Virus record (IMG/VR): IMGVR_UViG_3300032285_003982
Span: 1 to 28,800 of that record
Direction: 5' to 3' (one strand)
Source: a virus
Lineage: Duplodnaviria; Caudoviricetes
DNA length: 28,800 nucleotides
Position numbers and translations under genes: made by a program. Every line of letters starts with the position of its first letter. Position 1 is the stretch's first letter. Below the pieces are notes generated by a model. It was given only the letters and a program-made list of their open reading frames with translations. It had not been told where the DNA came from and searched no databases. This document shows, one piece after another, positions 18,301-26,731 of this stretch.

Positions 18301-20671
18301 TTATATTTTATTAAATATTACTGGTGGAGCAGTTGATGGAGGAGTATTTTTTGTTACTGGCGATGGTCTTACTGGAGCAAGTAATAATGGCGCAATTATT
18401 GGCTATAGTAAAAATATTAATAAATTTAAAATTGGCACAGGATCACGAAATGGTGGATTATCAACATTTGATAATATTGCTACAGAAAATTATGTAAAAA
18501 GTCAAGCTGTACTAATATCTGGCGATCAAAGTATAAATGGAAACAAGAGCTTCTATGGTGATGTACTTCTTAGTGGATTTTATAATAGAATAGGAAGTAA
18601 TCATTATCTTTATACTGATGGTGAATTTGTATACATAAGACAAGCTGATGGTAGTCTTATATTTAGTACAGAAGAATCCAGTCTATTTGATCCCAATCAA
18701 ATTAATTCTGTTGCATGGGCTAATAGGCAATTATATGACTCAAATGGTAGCCTCACATCTTTAGACTGGAATGAACGATATTTAGCCAATCAGCTTGGAA
18801 CACCAGTTTTATACTGGACAGGCGACAATATCGGTATCGGCACAGATAATCCATCTGAAAAATTACAAGTTGATGGAAATATAAGAATTAATGGTGGTGA
18901 TTTAATTATATATGATTCGCCAAATGGCGCAGATAATAGCATAGTTTTTCGAGAGGCGGAAGCACTTTTTAATAATTATGATGGTAGAACGGCAGGATTT
19001 GTATTCGGTATTGGAATTACTCCAAGTGAAAATAAATTATACTCTGTTCAAGGCCCTGGCAATTATACTAATTTATATATTCCCACTGGCAGAAATGGTT
19101 ATATTGCTATAAATGAAGATTTAATATTTACTGGTATTGTTTTAAATAATAAAATCAATGCTCTAAGTGGATATGTTTCTGGAATTTCTGCTGGAGGAAC
19201 ACTACCAAATACTATTGTATACATAACTGGCAATCAAACTATAAGTGGAAATAAAACTTTCCAAAATTCTATTATTGTAAATACAATATCTGGAACAACA
19301 GGTATAAATTACAATTTTGCTCTAGATCAGTTTAATTTAAATCTTAAAGCGATGGATAATGTATACGCTCCTTCTCCGTTTGTAGTAGGTGGCGGAGGAA
19401 TAAAAATAGTTGGAGGAAGTGGAAGTTATTTTGGAGGAGGAATTGCTTTACATGGTGGCAGGGGACCAACAGAAACTTATGATGGCCAAATTGATTTAAG
19501 ATCTTCTTCTATAAGTTTTAATATTTTAGATACTTATAACGCAAATAAAAACATTACAGTTTATAAAACTGGTATGGTTGAAAATTTAAAAATTACACAA
19601 GACTTTATAAATATTAATAATCAAATCAGAGTAAATGGTAATGTTAGTCTTTCATCTGGGGAATTGACTGCATCGAATTTAGTTTATAATACTGGAAATC
19701 AAGTTATAAGTGGAGCCAAAACTTTCGAAAGAATAAATATTAAAGCTCCAGATGGTAAAATTGTTGGATATATTTCTGGAGAAAGTTTAGAAGATAGTTA
19801 TCAAAAATTAATAATAAATGGATTTGGTGGTCCAAATGAACAAAATGTTGTAATACAATCCGCTGGAAATTCAATACAACTTGGGGAAGCTATTTTTAAT
19901 ATTACAAATGGTAATGGAGCTTTAAATTTCGATGGTGGAGATGATATTCTTATAAATGGAACAAGAAATTTATACGCAGATAATATAACAGCTTCTTTTA
20001 AAAATGCAAGTTTTTCTAATCGTCCAACAGTAAATGGTACTGGAGTACTTTTAAGTGGTGAAGCTTCGGCTGTAGTTTTACCATCAACTATCGTCTATAC
20101 AACTGGAAATCAAATTATAAGTGGAGTTAAAACTTTTACTTCAGGTATAACAGCTCCTAATTTAGTTTATACTACTGGTTATCAAGTAATAACTGGATAT
20201 AAACTTTTTAGTAATATAGCTGTAAATGATGATATTTATACAAACAGAATAACTCTAAATAGTATTATTGATCAAGAAGATTCATCTAGTGTTATAGATA
20301 TGCATTATAGTTCTATTGATTTAACTCCTGGAGGACCTTTCCCAACTGGAAGAATAAATCTAAATGGAAATGTTTATGTTTCAAAAAATATTTCAGCTCA
20401 AACTGGAAATTTTGATAAAGTTTTTGCTAATAATATAGTATATAATACTGGAAATCAAACCATATCTGGAGTTAAAAATTTCGCTTCTAGACCAACAGTT
20501 AATGGGACTGGTGTTCTTTTAATTGGCGAAGGTGGTGGTGGCTCTTTTGTATCTCCTCCAGCAACTCCAACTAGCGCTGGAACTCAATATAGTCTTGCCA
20601 CAGATTCAAATTATCTATATGTTTGTGTAGCCACAAATAGTTGGAAAAGAACAGCTCTAGCAGTTTGGTAA
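15308..20671 (+). CDS. Long modular tail fiber with collagen-like, GGSI and VYxTGNQxISGxKTF repeats
   Basis: 1787 aa. Nine Gly-X-Y triplets, ~25 GG(S/T/D/N)I repeats, ~17 GNQxISGxKxF repeats, and a C-terminal DSNYLYVCVATNSWKR motif typical of phage fibers. Confidence 0.75.
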   Translation: MADYNVSVSIPSPVNTNVVAPPSAQTTTITMGAPGPQGPIGPSGAIGPVGPIGPVGPSGFVNTGELDLRYVRITGNQVIQGNKSFVLAVTAPNLVYRTGDQNIQGNKNFLEPILSPNLIYTSGNQNISGSKTFYSPIYFSSGASIDLRGGEQGIGGSIDLSNYGGSIISRGSIADNEYIGRFQGGNIDLSATQYGRGGSILLGGLGGEGGTIDLRGGGNEEMGGSIISRGNAGGAGGSLNMSANNDFAGGSINTSNGGGDINTSSEGGSINTSDNGGSIDLRGVTSGPGAMGGSITMIGQTDDSHYYNGGSINLSAGYNGNGGSINISDKGGSINLAGGEYGSGAFIDGKDNGGSIKFFGTSTASKGGSIDISAGNGFPIYGLDAVGGNGGFLTLVGGGGAAEANNAKGGKAGSIIGNGGNAIGIGRNQDNEIILIDGYDGGTINFSAGDLGYGGSINISNGGGSINLSQNSGASFSIQTGNLPTQNDGSIYNKINDNLYIRKNGSWKKVITSADNIVYTTGNQTISGNKTFANQIVFANQNGIGGSISGSAYGGDSNLYINAGGAPSYIHLNSSQASMILGEDGITIDAANEFLNINNTDAIFINGVGSAIFAPDTTASFKDVNANNVFAETGTFQKLYANNLVYNTGNQTISGVKTFASRPTVNGTGFLLSGEASSIILPNTIVYITGDQTISGIKTFASRPTVNGTGVLLSGEASAVVLPTTLVYTTGNQIITGIKTFTTPITAPNLVYTSGDQIISGNKIFTNDVDIQGIATIQNLNLLMSDYYFDGVTIQIVNSSVRVSGDIYVSGNKVLTGVNLNSYALANQVVYITGNQIISGVKTFASRPTVNGTGFLLSGEAGALPSTIVYTTGNQSISGIKTFLNNIQVSGTGVFNALDLNNIDVISLSGVDVEIVNGNVNLTNTPRVNGNAVLTGIDLTPYATISSLNSLSGVSVLTFGNQGIYGNKTFYDNVSINNLTVTGTQTIANISNTNVPSNYILLNITGGAVDGGVFFVTGDGLTGASNNGAIIGYSKNINKFKIGTGSRNGGLSTFDNIATENYVKSQAVLISGDQSINGNKSFYGDVLLSGFYNRIGSNHYLYTDGEFVYIRQADGSLIFSTEESSLFDPNQINSVAWANRQLYDSNGSLTSLDWNERYLANQLGTPVLYWTGDNIGIGTDNPSEKLQVDGNIRINGGDLIIYDSPNGADNSIVFREAEALFNNYDGRTAGFVFGIGITPSENKLYSVQGPGNYTNLYIPTGRNGYIAINEDLIFTGIVLNNKINALSGYVSGISAGGTLPNTIVYITGNQTISGNKTFQNSIIVNTISGTTGINYNFALDQFNLNLKAMDNVYAPSPFVVGGGGIKIVGGSGSYFGGGIALHGGRGPTETYDGQIDLRSSSISFNILDTYNANKNITVYKTGMVENLKITQDFININNQIRVNGNVSLSSGELTASNLVYNTGNQVISGAKTFERINIKAPDGKIVGYISGESLEDSYQKLIINGFGGPNEQNVVIQSAGNSIQLGEAIFNITNGNGALNFDGGDDILINGTRNLYADNITASFKNASFSNRPTVNGTGVLLSGEASAVVLPSTIVYTTGNQIISGVKTFTSGITAPNLVYTTGYQVITGYKLFSNIAVNDDIYTNRITLNSIIDQEDSSSVIDMHYSSIDLTPGGPFPTGRINLNGNVYVSKNISAQTGNFDKVFANNIVYNTGNQTISGVKNFASRPTVNGTGVLLIGEGGGGSFVSPPATPTSAGTQYSLATDSNYLYVCVATNSWKRTALAVW
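15401..15484 (+). repeat. Collagen-like (Gly-X-Y)9 coding repeat
   Basis: GAP GPQ GPI GPS GAI GPV GPI GPV GPS G; ggtccN-rich 9-nt periodicity. Confidence 0.9.
15730..16730 (+). repeat. Gly-rich GGSI(N/D)(L/I/T) coding repeats
   Basis: About 25 degenerate copies in the translation; boundaries approximate. Confidence 0.8.
17423..20100 (+). repeat. Dispersed near-identical direct repeats in the fiber gene
   Basis: 17423-17476 vs 20030-20083: 54 nt with 2 mismatches. 17896-17919 is identical to 20077-20100 (24 nt). Confidence 0.85.
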
Positions 20672-20686
20672 TCTCTTTAATTTATA

Positions 20687-20692
20687 GTGTAA
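20687..20692 (+). promoter_or_regulatory. GTGTAA putative late promoter element
   Basis: 8 nt upstream of ATG 20701; no SD. Confidence 0.65.
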
Positions 20693-20700
20693 TTTATTAT

Positions 20701-21213
20701 ATGATTACAAATACAGTAGCCTCTATTGCCCAAGAAATATATGAAGAATTGGGCGAACCTAGTGATCTTAGTATTGCGGCTATAGCTGCTTGGGTAAGAA
20801 GAAATATTGGTGGTTTAAATAATGGACTTAATACTGAATTTTCAGTAGATAGTACAACATTTGAAATAGCTCCAAATCTTTCAGATATGGAAAAGTATAT
20901 ATTTAAAAAAATGTATTCTGTATATTTTTTCGACCTTAGAATCAAAAGTACAGGAAGTCTAGCCTCAACAGATTTTATCTCAATTAAAGATGATATTGGT
21001 AGCGTTCAGAAAGCTAATAAAAATGAAATCTTAAAAAGCTACATATCAGTTAGAAAACAAGAATATGATGAATTAAAAGATTTGATCACTCAATACAAGA
21101 GCAACAATAGCTTCCCAGTTCAAGTTGCTGGTGATGATACAGTCCCAGGAATTTATGATCCACTTTATAGGAATGCCTTTTATAATATAAGAACAATTTG
21201 GTATTCAGCATAA
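20701..21213 (+). CDS. Putative head-tail adaptor protein
   Basis: Helical ~170 aa protein, first of four neck-type genes before the tube. Start reassigned from 20641, which overlaps the fiber gene, to ATG 20701. Confidence 0.5.
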   Translation: MITNTVASIAQEIYEELGEPSDLSIAAIAAWVRRNIGGLNNGLNTEFSVDSTTFEIAPNLSDMEKYIFKKMYSVYFFDLRIKSTGSLASTDFISIKDDIGSVQKANKNEILKSYISVRKQEYDELKDLITQYKSNNSFPVQVAGDDTVPGIYDPLYRNAFYNIRTIWYSA

Positions 21214-21217
21214 TTTT

Positions 21218-21658
21218 ATGAGCTTTATAAACTCAACAACTGCGGCAGAATTCTCGCAAGATTATGATGATTTTTTCACTTACTTCTCAAGACCATTTGT
21301 TGTTCATAAAGAACCAATTAGAATTGTAGATCAAGTTCAAAATGCTCCATTATATGGATATGGATCAAGTTCAGATGCAGTAAATTTTACTTATATTCCT
21401 ATAACTGGAACATTTAATGGTAGAATTTTTTATAATAATTCTAGAGACGTAGATGCAGTTAATAGTGATTTAAAGTTAGTTTTTGCAAGAGGAGATGTTA
21501 CTTTAAAAGTTAGACAGGACGCAAGAGATTTTATTGCTCTTGGAAGAACTATAAAAATTGAATTTGATGGAAAAACTTGGAATGTTATCACAGAAGATGT
21601 TGTTAAAAAATATTTAAACAATACATATTATGTATACGGATTGGAGCAGACAAAATAA
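21218..21658 (+). CDS. Putative head closure/stopper protein
   Basis: 146 aa, beta-rich, with KIEFDGKTWNVI resembling SPP1 gp16/FII-type proteins; synteny. Confidence 0.5.
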   Translation: MSFINSTTAAEFSQDYDDFFTYFSRPFVVHKEPIRIVDQVQNAPLYGYGSSSDAVNFTYIPITGTFNGRIFYNNSRDVDAVNSDLKLVFARGDVTLKVRQDARDFIALGRTIKIEFDGKTWNVITEDVVKKYLNNTYYVYGLEQTK

Positions 21659-21659
21659 T

Positions 21660-22250
21660 ATGGCTGCTAAGATCAATTTCAGACAACTTAAAGAAGAGAT
21701 TGCAAGTTCATATCAAGATGTTCTTAAAAAAGAAGCAATCATTTTCGCTCAGGAAATTTTAAAAGAAAATCTAGATCAATATATAAATAAAATAGAAGAC
21801 CATCCAGTATCAAAAGAATTAAATGATGGACCAGATGGCGAAAATATTAGCTCAACTTTAAATGGAAAAGAAAATCTTTTTGCATTTATTGGATTTGATG
21901 CTCAAGATAAACCAGTAGAAGATCTAACAGAACTAATAAAACAAAATACATTTTTAGATAAGAACTCAACTTTTGATAAAAGAAATCTTCAATTAAAATT
22001 TAATGTTTTTACTCCTTCTTTGGATGAAATCAAGACTGCAACACCACTACCTTTTGAAAGAGGCAGAAGCTGGGTAAAAGGAGTAGAGGATGGAATTTCT
22101 GGATTCGGTTATTATGTTTATGGATTATTATTTCCAGCAAGTAGATCTGGAAGAGGAATTCAATCTAAAAATAAAGTTAGAACTACTGCTTATAAACCTG
22201 TAAAATATATGACAGAGCTTTATAATGAATTTATAAAGAGTTTAAAATAA
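21660..22250 (+). CDS. Putative neck/tail completion protein (HK97 gp10-like position)
   Basis: Synteny; SWVKGVEDG motif. The start is likely ATG 21660, immediately after the upstream stop. Confidence 0.4.
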   Translation: MAAKINFRQLKEEIASSYQDVLKKEAIIFAQEILKENLDQYINKIEDHPVSKELNDGPDGENISSTLNGKENLFAFIGFDAQDKPVEDLTELIKQNTFLDKNSTFDKRNLQLKFNVFTPSLDEIKTATPLPFERGRSWVKGVEDGISGFGYYVYGLLFPASRSGRGIQSKNKVRTTAYKPVKYMTELYNEFIKSLK

Positions 22251-22251
22251 A

Positions 22252-23121
22252 ATGATACCACAATTTGATAATATTTTAATGACTAGCATGTTGCTTTGGA
22301 TAGATAATAGAATCTCAATTAGAGGCGAAGCTTATACTAATTATCAAAGTACATTTTATCCTCTTCCAAATTTAATATATGGATATTATACATATGGCGC
22401 ACCATTAAAACAAATGGTTATAGATTCTTCTATAACTGGCGCTAATATTATAAGTGGAGTTTATATTAATGGGGTTTTTACAGTTCCTGGACAAAATAAT
22501 TTAAGTGGAATTAATGCCACAGAAGGTCAATTATATTTTAGTCAACCAATATCAAATCCTACAAAAGCATTAAGTGGAAACTATGCTGTTAAAGATTTCA
22601 ATATATATTTAACTAGTAAAACAGAAGAAAATTTATTATTTGAAACACAATATCAAGTTAATCCTAAAACATATCAAAATCCAACTGGATTACCTATCGG
22701 TTCTGAGACTTATCCTGTTATATATTTAAAATATCAAGGTGGTAAAAATAAACCTCTTGCTTTTGGTGGCTTAGACCAAACAGTAGGTAATGTTCGCGCC
22801 GTTATATTAGCTGATAGCGTATTTAGTCTTGATGCTGTAACAAGTATAATGAGGGATACTAGTCGTACATTAATACCATTAATATATCCAGATGAGATGC
22901 CATTTAATGCACTAGGATCAGTTAATGTTTCTGGCAATAATTTTAATTATATTGATTATACTGCAAATAAACGTAATACTGATGATTATTTATTTATTAA
23001 TGAAGTGAATGTTACTAAAACTGACACAAGACTACTTACAGCTACGAATAGCTTAAATAGAAATGTATACTCTGCTTTTGTTGATTTTGAGGTATCAAAA
23101 AATAGATATCCAAGGCAATAA
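22252..23121 (+). CDS. Putative tail terminator/completion protein
   Basis: 289 aa immediately upstream of the tail tube; YPVIYL motif and terminal beta-strand FVDFEV. Confidence 0.45.
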   Translation: MIPQFDNILMTSMLLWIDNRISIRGEAYTNYQSTFYPLPNLIYGYYTYGAPLKQMVIDSSITGANIISGVYINGVFTVPGQNNLSGINATEGQLYFSQPISNPTKALSGNYAVKDFNIYLTSKTEENLLFETQYQVNPKTYQNPTGLPIGSETYPVIYLKYQGGKNKPLAFGGLDQTVGNVRAVILADSVFSLDAVTSIMRDTSRTLIPLIYPDEMPFNALGSVNVSGNNFNYIDYTANKRNTDDYLFINEVNVTKTDTRLLTATNSLNRNVYSAFVDFEVSKNRYPRQ

Positions 23122-23146
23122 AAAAGTAGAAAAAATAAAAAAATCG

Positions 23147-23152
23147 GTGTAA
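23147..23152 (+). promoter_or_regulatory. GTGTAA putative late promoter element (tail tube)
   Basis: 25 nt upstream of ATG 23178; SD GGAG at 23164-23167. Confidence 0.65.
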
Positions 23153-23177
23153 TAACAATAAATGGAGAATAACTAAT

Positions 23178-24329
23178 ATGCCAAGAAATCGTATAATTTA
23201 TCAATCAGAAGCTCTTTACGCTGGACCATCTCCAGCAACTGGATACCACTATGGAACATTCACACCTGGAATCGGTGGAAGTTCAAATGTAATGGATTCA
23301 AGTTCTAATCTAGTAAAAGAGTTACAAAGAATTCAAACTGCTAACTACAGTTTTAATGTTGATCGTACAGATGTTAATCAATTCGGACAACTCGCCGCAA
23401 TTGATCGTGTAATTTTGACCAGTCCAACAGTTTCATTAGATATGAGTTATATTCTAGGAAATCTTTCAAATGAAAATTATCTAGGATTTACAGTAGTTTC
23501 TGGTAACGTTGATTCTAACGTTTCAGCTATCTCTGGAATTTTAAATGCTACTCAAGACGAAAGAAATTATTTTATCCGCACAGTACCAGAAGGTAATGAT
23601 GCAGTAGGCTTTACTGATGCAACATCTGGAAATAACGGAGTTATCGGAATTGGTAACGCATTCATTTCATCTTATTCAACTGAAGGTTCTGTAGGAAACT
23701 TCCCAACAGCATCAATCAGTGTTGAAGGATTAAATATGAATTTCCAAAAGGGTTTAAGTGGAAATTTTGTTCCTGCAATTAACCCTATTAATGGTGCAGC
23801 TTTAACAAATTATTATCAACTACCAGCAACAGTTCAAAATGTTGGTATTGGTAGTGGAAATGCAATCAGCGCACTTCGCCCAGGAGATATCACTTTAGAT
23901 ATTCAAGCTCAAACTGGTGTTGGTGGAGTAGATACAACAGTAATGAATATTCAAAGTTATAATATCAGCTTTGACTTAGGTCGTACTCCAATTCAAAGAC
24001 TAGGCAACAGATTCGCATTTACAAGACCAATCGACTTCCCATTAACAGTAAATCTAAGTGTTGATGCTCAAGTAACTGATATGGTAACTGGTAACCTAGC
24101 TAACTTGGTTAATGATGACAGCTTAACATACAGCCCATCAGTAATAATCAAGAGCCCAAGTGACAGCACATTGACAATGGCTAAGTTCAAAATCAAAGGC
24201 GCTAAGTTAGTAAGTCAAGAATATAGTTCTGATATCGGTAGCAATAAAACAGTTACCCTAACATGGCAAAGTCAAGTTGGTGGACCTCAAGACACTAACA
24301 ATGGATTATTTATCAACGGACAATATTAA
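23178..24329 (+). CDS. Major tail (tube) protein
   Basis: 383 aa, beta-rich, between neck genes and chaperones/TMP; MCP-like codon bias; has its own SD and terminator. Confidence 0.7.
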   Translation: MPRNRIIYQSEALYAGPSPATGYHYGTFTPGIGGSSNVMDSSSNLVKELQRIQTANYSFNVDRTDVNQFGQLAAIDRVILTSPTVSLDMSYILGNLSNENYLGFTVVSGNVDSNVSAISGILNATQDERNYFIRTVPEGNDAVGFTDATSGNNGVIGIGNAFISSYSTEGSVGNFPTASISVEGLNMNFQKGLSGNFVPAINPINGAALTNYYQLPATVQNVGIGSGNAISALRPGDITLDIQAQTGVGGVDTTVMNIQSYNISFDLGRTPIQRLGNRFAFTRPIDFPLTVNLSVDAQVTDMVTGNLANLVNDDSLTYSPSVIIKSPSDSTLTMAKFKIKGAKLVSQEYSSDIGSNKTVTLTWQSQVGGPQDTNNGLFINGQY

Positions 24330-24353
24330 TAAATAATACATAAATTAAGTTAT

Positions 24354-24389
24354 AAAATAACCCTCACGTTCTCGTGGGGGTTATTTTTT
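24354..24389 (+). terminator. Rho-independent terminator after tail tube
   Basis: AAAATAACCCTCACG-TTCT-CGTGGGGGTTATTTT hairpin running into a T-tract. Confidence 0.9.
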
Positions 24390-24395
24390 GTGTAA
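24390..24395 (+). promoter_or_regulatory. GTGTAA putative late promoter element
   Basis: Immediately after the terminator T-run, which is where re-initiation is required for the downstream genes. Confidence 0.65.
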
Positions 24396-24434
24396 TTCAA
24401 GTCAAGGTAAAGGGTTAGATAAAGGTAAAAGATT

Positions 24435-24659
24435 ATGGAAAACGATCCTATAAAAGATATTACTCTTTTTCAGATAAAGAGGAAAATTACAAATATCTAC
24501 AAGAATTTCTTTTTTATTCTTGAAGATCTAAGTGATTCTGGCTATAATATAAATGATGAAACTTATCAAAAAATACGTAAAAGAGTCCTCGATAACGCTA
24601 ATGATGCAGTAAGAGAAATAGAAGAAAGTTTCAGTAAAATCAATATAACACTTAAATGA
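24435..24659 (+). CDS. Small helical hypothetical protein
   Basis: 74 aa; AAAGGT upstream; ATGA-coupled to the next gene. Confidence 0.65.
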   Translation: MENDPIKDITLFQIKRKITNIYKNFFFILEDLSDSGYNINDETYQKIRKRVLDNANDAVREIEESFSKINITLK

Positions 24660-24931
24660 AAGCAAAGAAATTAAATTATAATTTCCCTATAGATGAAATA
24701 ATCGAAGGAAACCTTTCTGTACAAAGCATACAAAAAAGCTTAAAAGATAATTTTGGAATTTTAAGACCAACCTTAACAACATTTAAGAATCCTAATTTTA
24801 TTAGAAACTACCAAAATTGGGATGATAATAAAAAGCATCAATTTATCAAAACAATTGGCGGAGTAGTTTACTATGGTAAAATTAAAAACTATTTACAAGA
24901 TTTAATTAATAATAATGGAGAAAAAATATGA
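24656..24931 (+). CDS. Small hypothetical protein
   Basis: 91 aa; ATGA overlaps at both ends. Confidence 0.65.
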   Translation: MKAKKLNYNFPIDEIIEGNLSVQSIQKSLKDNFGILRPTLTTFKNPNFIRNYQNWDDNKKHQFIKTIGGVVYYGKIKNYLQDLINNNGEKI

Positions 24932-25686
24932 AAACAATGTTCGAATTCGATATCTATCAAGAAAAAGAAGTAGAAAAAGTAGATGTTTCTATTAATGAAA
25001 AAGGTGAAGAAGTAAAGGTTACTTCTAAAGTCAAAACTACTGTTCCAGTTAAATTAGCTATTAAAAAACCAACAAGAAGCTTATTTGATGAAGCAGAACT
25101 ATTTTATGGAGTTAGATTATCAGAAGGAATTAAGGCTGGACTACTAACTCGCGCTCTATTAGCTAAAAGATTTAATAATGATGGTGGCGTACTAAGTGAC
25201 GAAGAACAAAAAGAATATAATGAACTTTATATTGAATTTTTTAATCTTCAAAATGAATTTCAAAAGTTATCTATAAAAGAAGAATCTATTCGCAGTGATG
25301 AAGAGAAAGAAAACCTCAAAGTTGTTATTGCAAAAATGAATGATGCCAGAGAAAGATTACAAAAATATGAAATGGCTCAAGCTAATCTTTTTGAACAAAC
25401 TGCAGAAAATAGAGCCAGAAATAAAACTATTATGTGGTGGGTTCTTCAACTTAGTCTCATTCAAGGTGATGATAAGAAATTCAAAGAACTATTTAACGAA
25501 GGTTCTTATGAAGAAAAAATTAAAAGATACGATGAAATTGAAGAAAGTGATAGCAATTTAGAAAAATTAGCTTTGCAAAAACTTCTTTATTTGATTAGTT
25601 TCTGGTATATTGGTAGAGCTGCTTCTCAAGATGAATTTGAAAAACTTCTTGGAATGACTCAAAAAGAAGATAAAACTAAGGAATAA
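24928..25686 (+). CDS. Putative tail assembly chaperone 1
   Basis: 252 aa, acidic/helical, between tube and TMP; IKKPTR motif; SD GGAG. Confidence 0.5.
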   Translation: MKTMFEFDIYQEKEVEKVDVSINEKGEEVKVTSKVKTTVPVKLAIKKPTRSLFDEAELFYGVRLSEGIKAGLLTRALLAKRFNNDGGVLSDEEQKEYNELYIEFFNLQNEFQKLSIKEESIRSDEEKENLKVVIAKMNDARERLQKYEMAQANLFEQTAENRARNKTIMWWVLQLSLIQGDDKKFKELFNEGSYEEKIKRYDEIEESDSNLEKLALQKLLYLISFWYIGRAASQDEFEKLLGMTQKEDKTKE

Positions 25687-25689
25687 TGA

Positions 25690-26700
25690 TTGGACACAAT
25701 AGACAAAAACAAGCTTAGGATTCTTTTTGTTGATATATTAAAAGGCTACACAATAGCTTATTATAAAAATAATAAGTTATATTTTAAACATAATACTAGT
25801 ATTGATTCTGGTGATATTGATCACATCAAGCAAGAATTTATACAAAAAGCCAAGAGAAATGGTCTTCCAACAGAAGAGCAAAAAGAAGAATATATTATAA
25901 AAGAAAAACTTTGGTCAGTAGAAAACAATGAAGAAATTAAAAAAATAAAATCTTATATTTCTGGTTTAAAACAAACCAAGTCTAAACTATTTAAAAATGA
26001 TGATATTGCTCAGATAAATAAACAAATTAATGAAGAAAATATAAAATTATTCACATTAATCGCAGAAAGAAAAGATTTACTAGGTTTTACAGTAGAGGAT
26101 TACGCTAATAAGAAAGTAAATGAATACTATATGTTTAATTCTTTATTTAAGGATAAAGATTTAAAAAACAAATTCTTCTCAGAACAAGAGTTTGATGAAC
26201 TTGAAAATAGAGATCTATCTGAAATTCTAGAAATCTATAACAATATGAATAAAAATTATGTTGATAAAAATCTCAAAAAAATTGCATTATCTTCATATTA
26301 TCTTAGTTTATTTAATCTATCAGATGATAACCCTTATTATATGTATGGAAAACCTATTGTTTACTTGACTTTTTATCAAATGGAAGTTTTTGGTTATGCT
26401 AGATATTTTAAAAATGCATTATCTGAGGCTAAACATAAACCACCAGATGAATATTACGAAGATCCAGATAAGCTTATAGATTGGTTGGAAAGCAGTAAAA
26501 ATGTAGAAGAAGTATTAAGTAAAAATGAAAGTAATCAAAAGAAAACAGAAGGCGCAATTGCTACTTCTATCGTAGGAGCTAAAAAAGAAGATCTAGCTAA
26601 AATAGGCAAAGACGAAAATGGCATAAGTTTACATAAAGAAGCATTGAAAAAAGGTGGAACATTAAGCATGGAAGATTTAATGAAAATGCATGGAGTTTAG
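25690..26700 (+). CDS. Putative tail assembly chaperone 2
   Basis: 336 aa, helical, directly before TMP. LTFYQ...PPDEYYEDPDKLIDW is similar to pre-TMP chaperone tails. TTG start with AAGGA about 7 nt upstream. Confidence 0.45.
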   Translation: MDTIDKNKLRILFVDILKGYTIAYYKNNKLYFKHNTSIDSGDIDHIKQEFIQKAKRNGLPTEEQKEEYIIKEKLWSVENNEEIKKIKSYISGLKQTKSKLFKNDDIAQINKQINEENIKLFTLIAERKDLLGFTVEDYANKKVNEYYMFNSLFKDKDLKNKFFSEQEFDELENRDLSEILEIYNNMNKNYVDKNLKKIALSSYYLSLFNLSDDNPYYMYGKPIVYLTFYQMEVFGYARYFKNALSEAKHKPPDEYYEDPDKLIDWLESSKNVEEVLSKNESNQKKTEGAIATSIVGAKKEDLAKIGKDENGISLHKEALKKGGTLSMEDLMKMHGV

Positions 26701-26731
26701 TAGGGAATACTATCATAATTAATAATATTTC

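Noticed and set aside
15308-20671. Fiber repeats as a CRISPR array or DGR template/variable repeat
   Set aside because: The repeats are in-frame coding, degenerate and irregularly spaced. There is no non-coding template repeat, the two mismatches in the best pair are synonymous, and no reverse transcriptase or cas gene is in the window.
20697-23204. Short minus-strand ORFs (20697, 21430, 22734, 22986)
   Set aside because: They overlap coherent plus-strand structural genes and have no independent support.
11702-23412. GTGTAA copies inside CDS (11702 in MCP, 23407 in tube)
   Set aside because: They arise from CGT GTA A codons (Arg-Val-Ile); 11702 is upstream of a terminator and neither precedes a start codon.
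25340-25561. Nested plus-strand 73-aa ORF as a frameshift product
   Set aside because: It ends well before the next gene, and I saw no convincing in-frame slippery heptamer.
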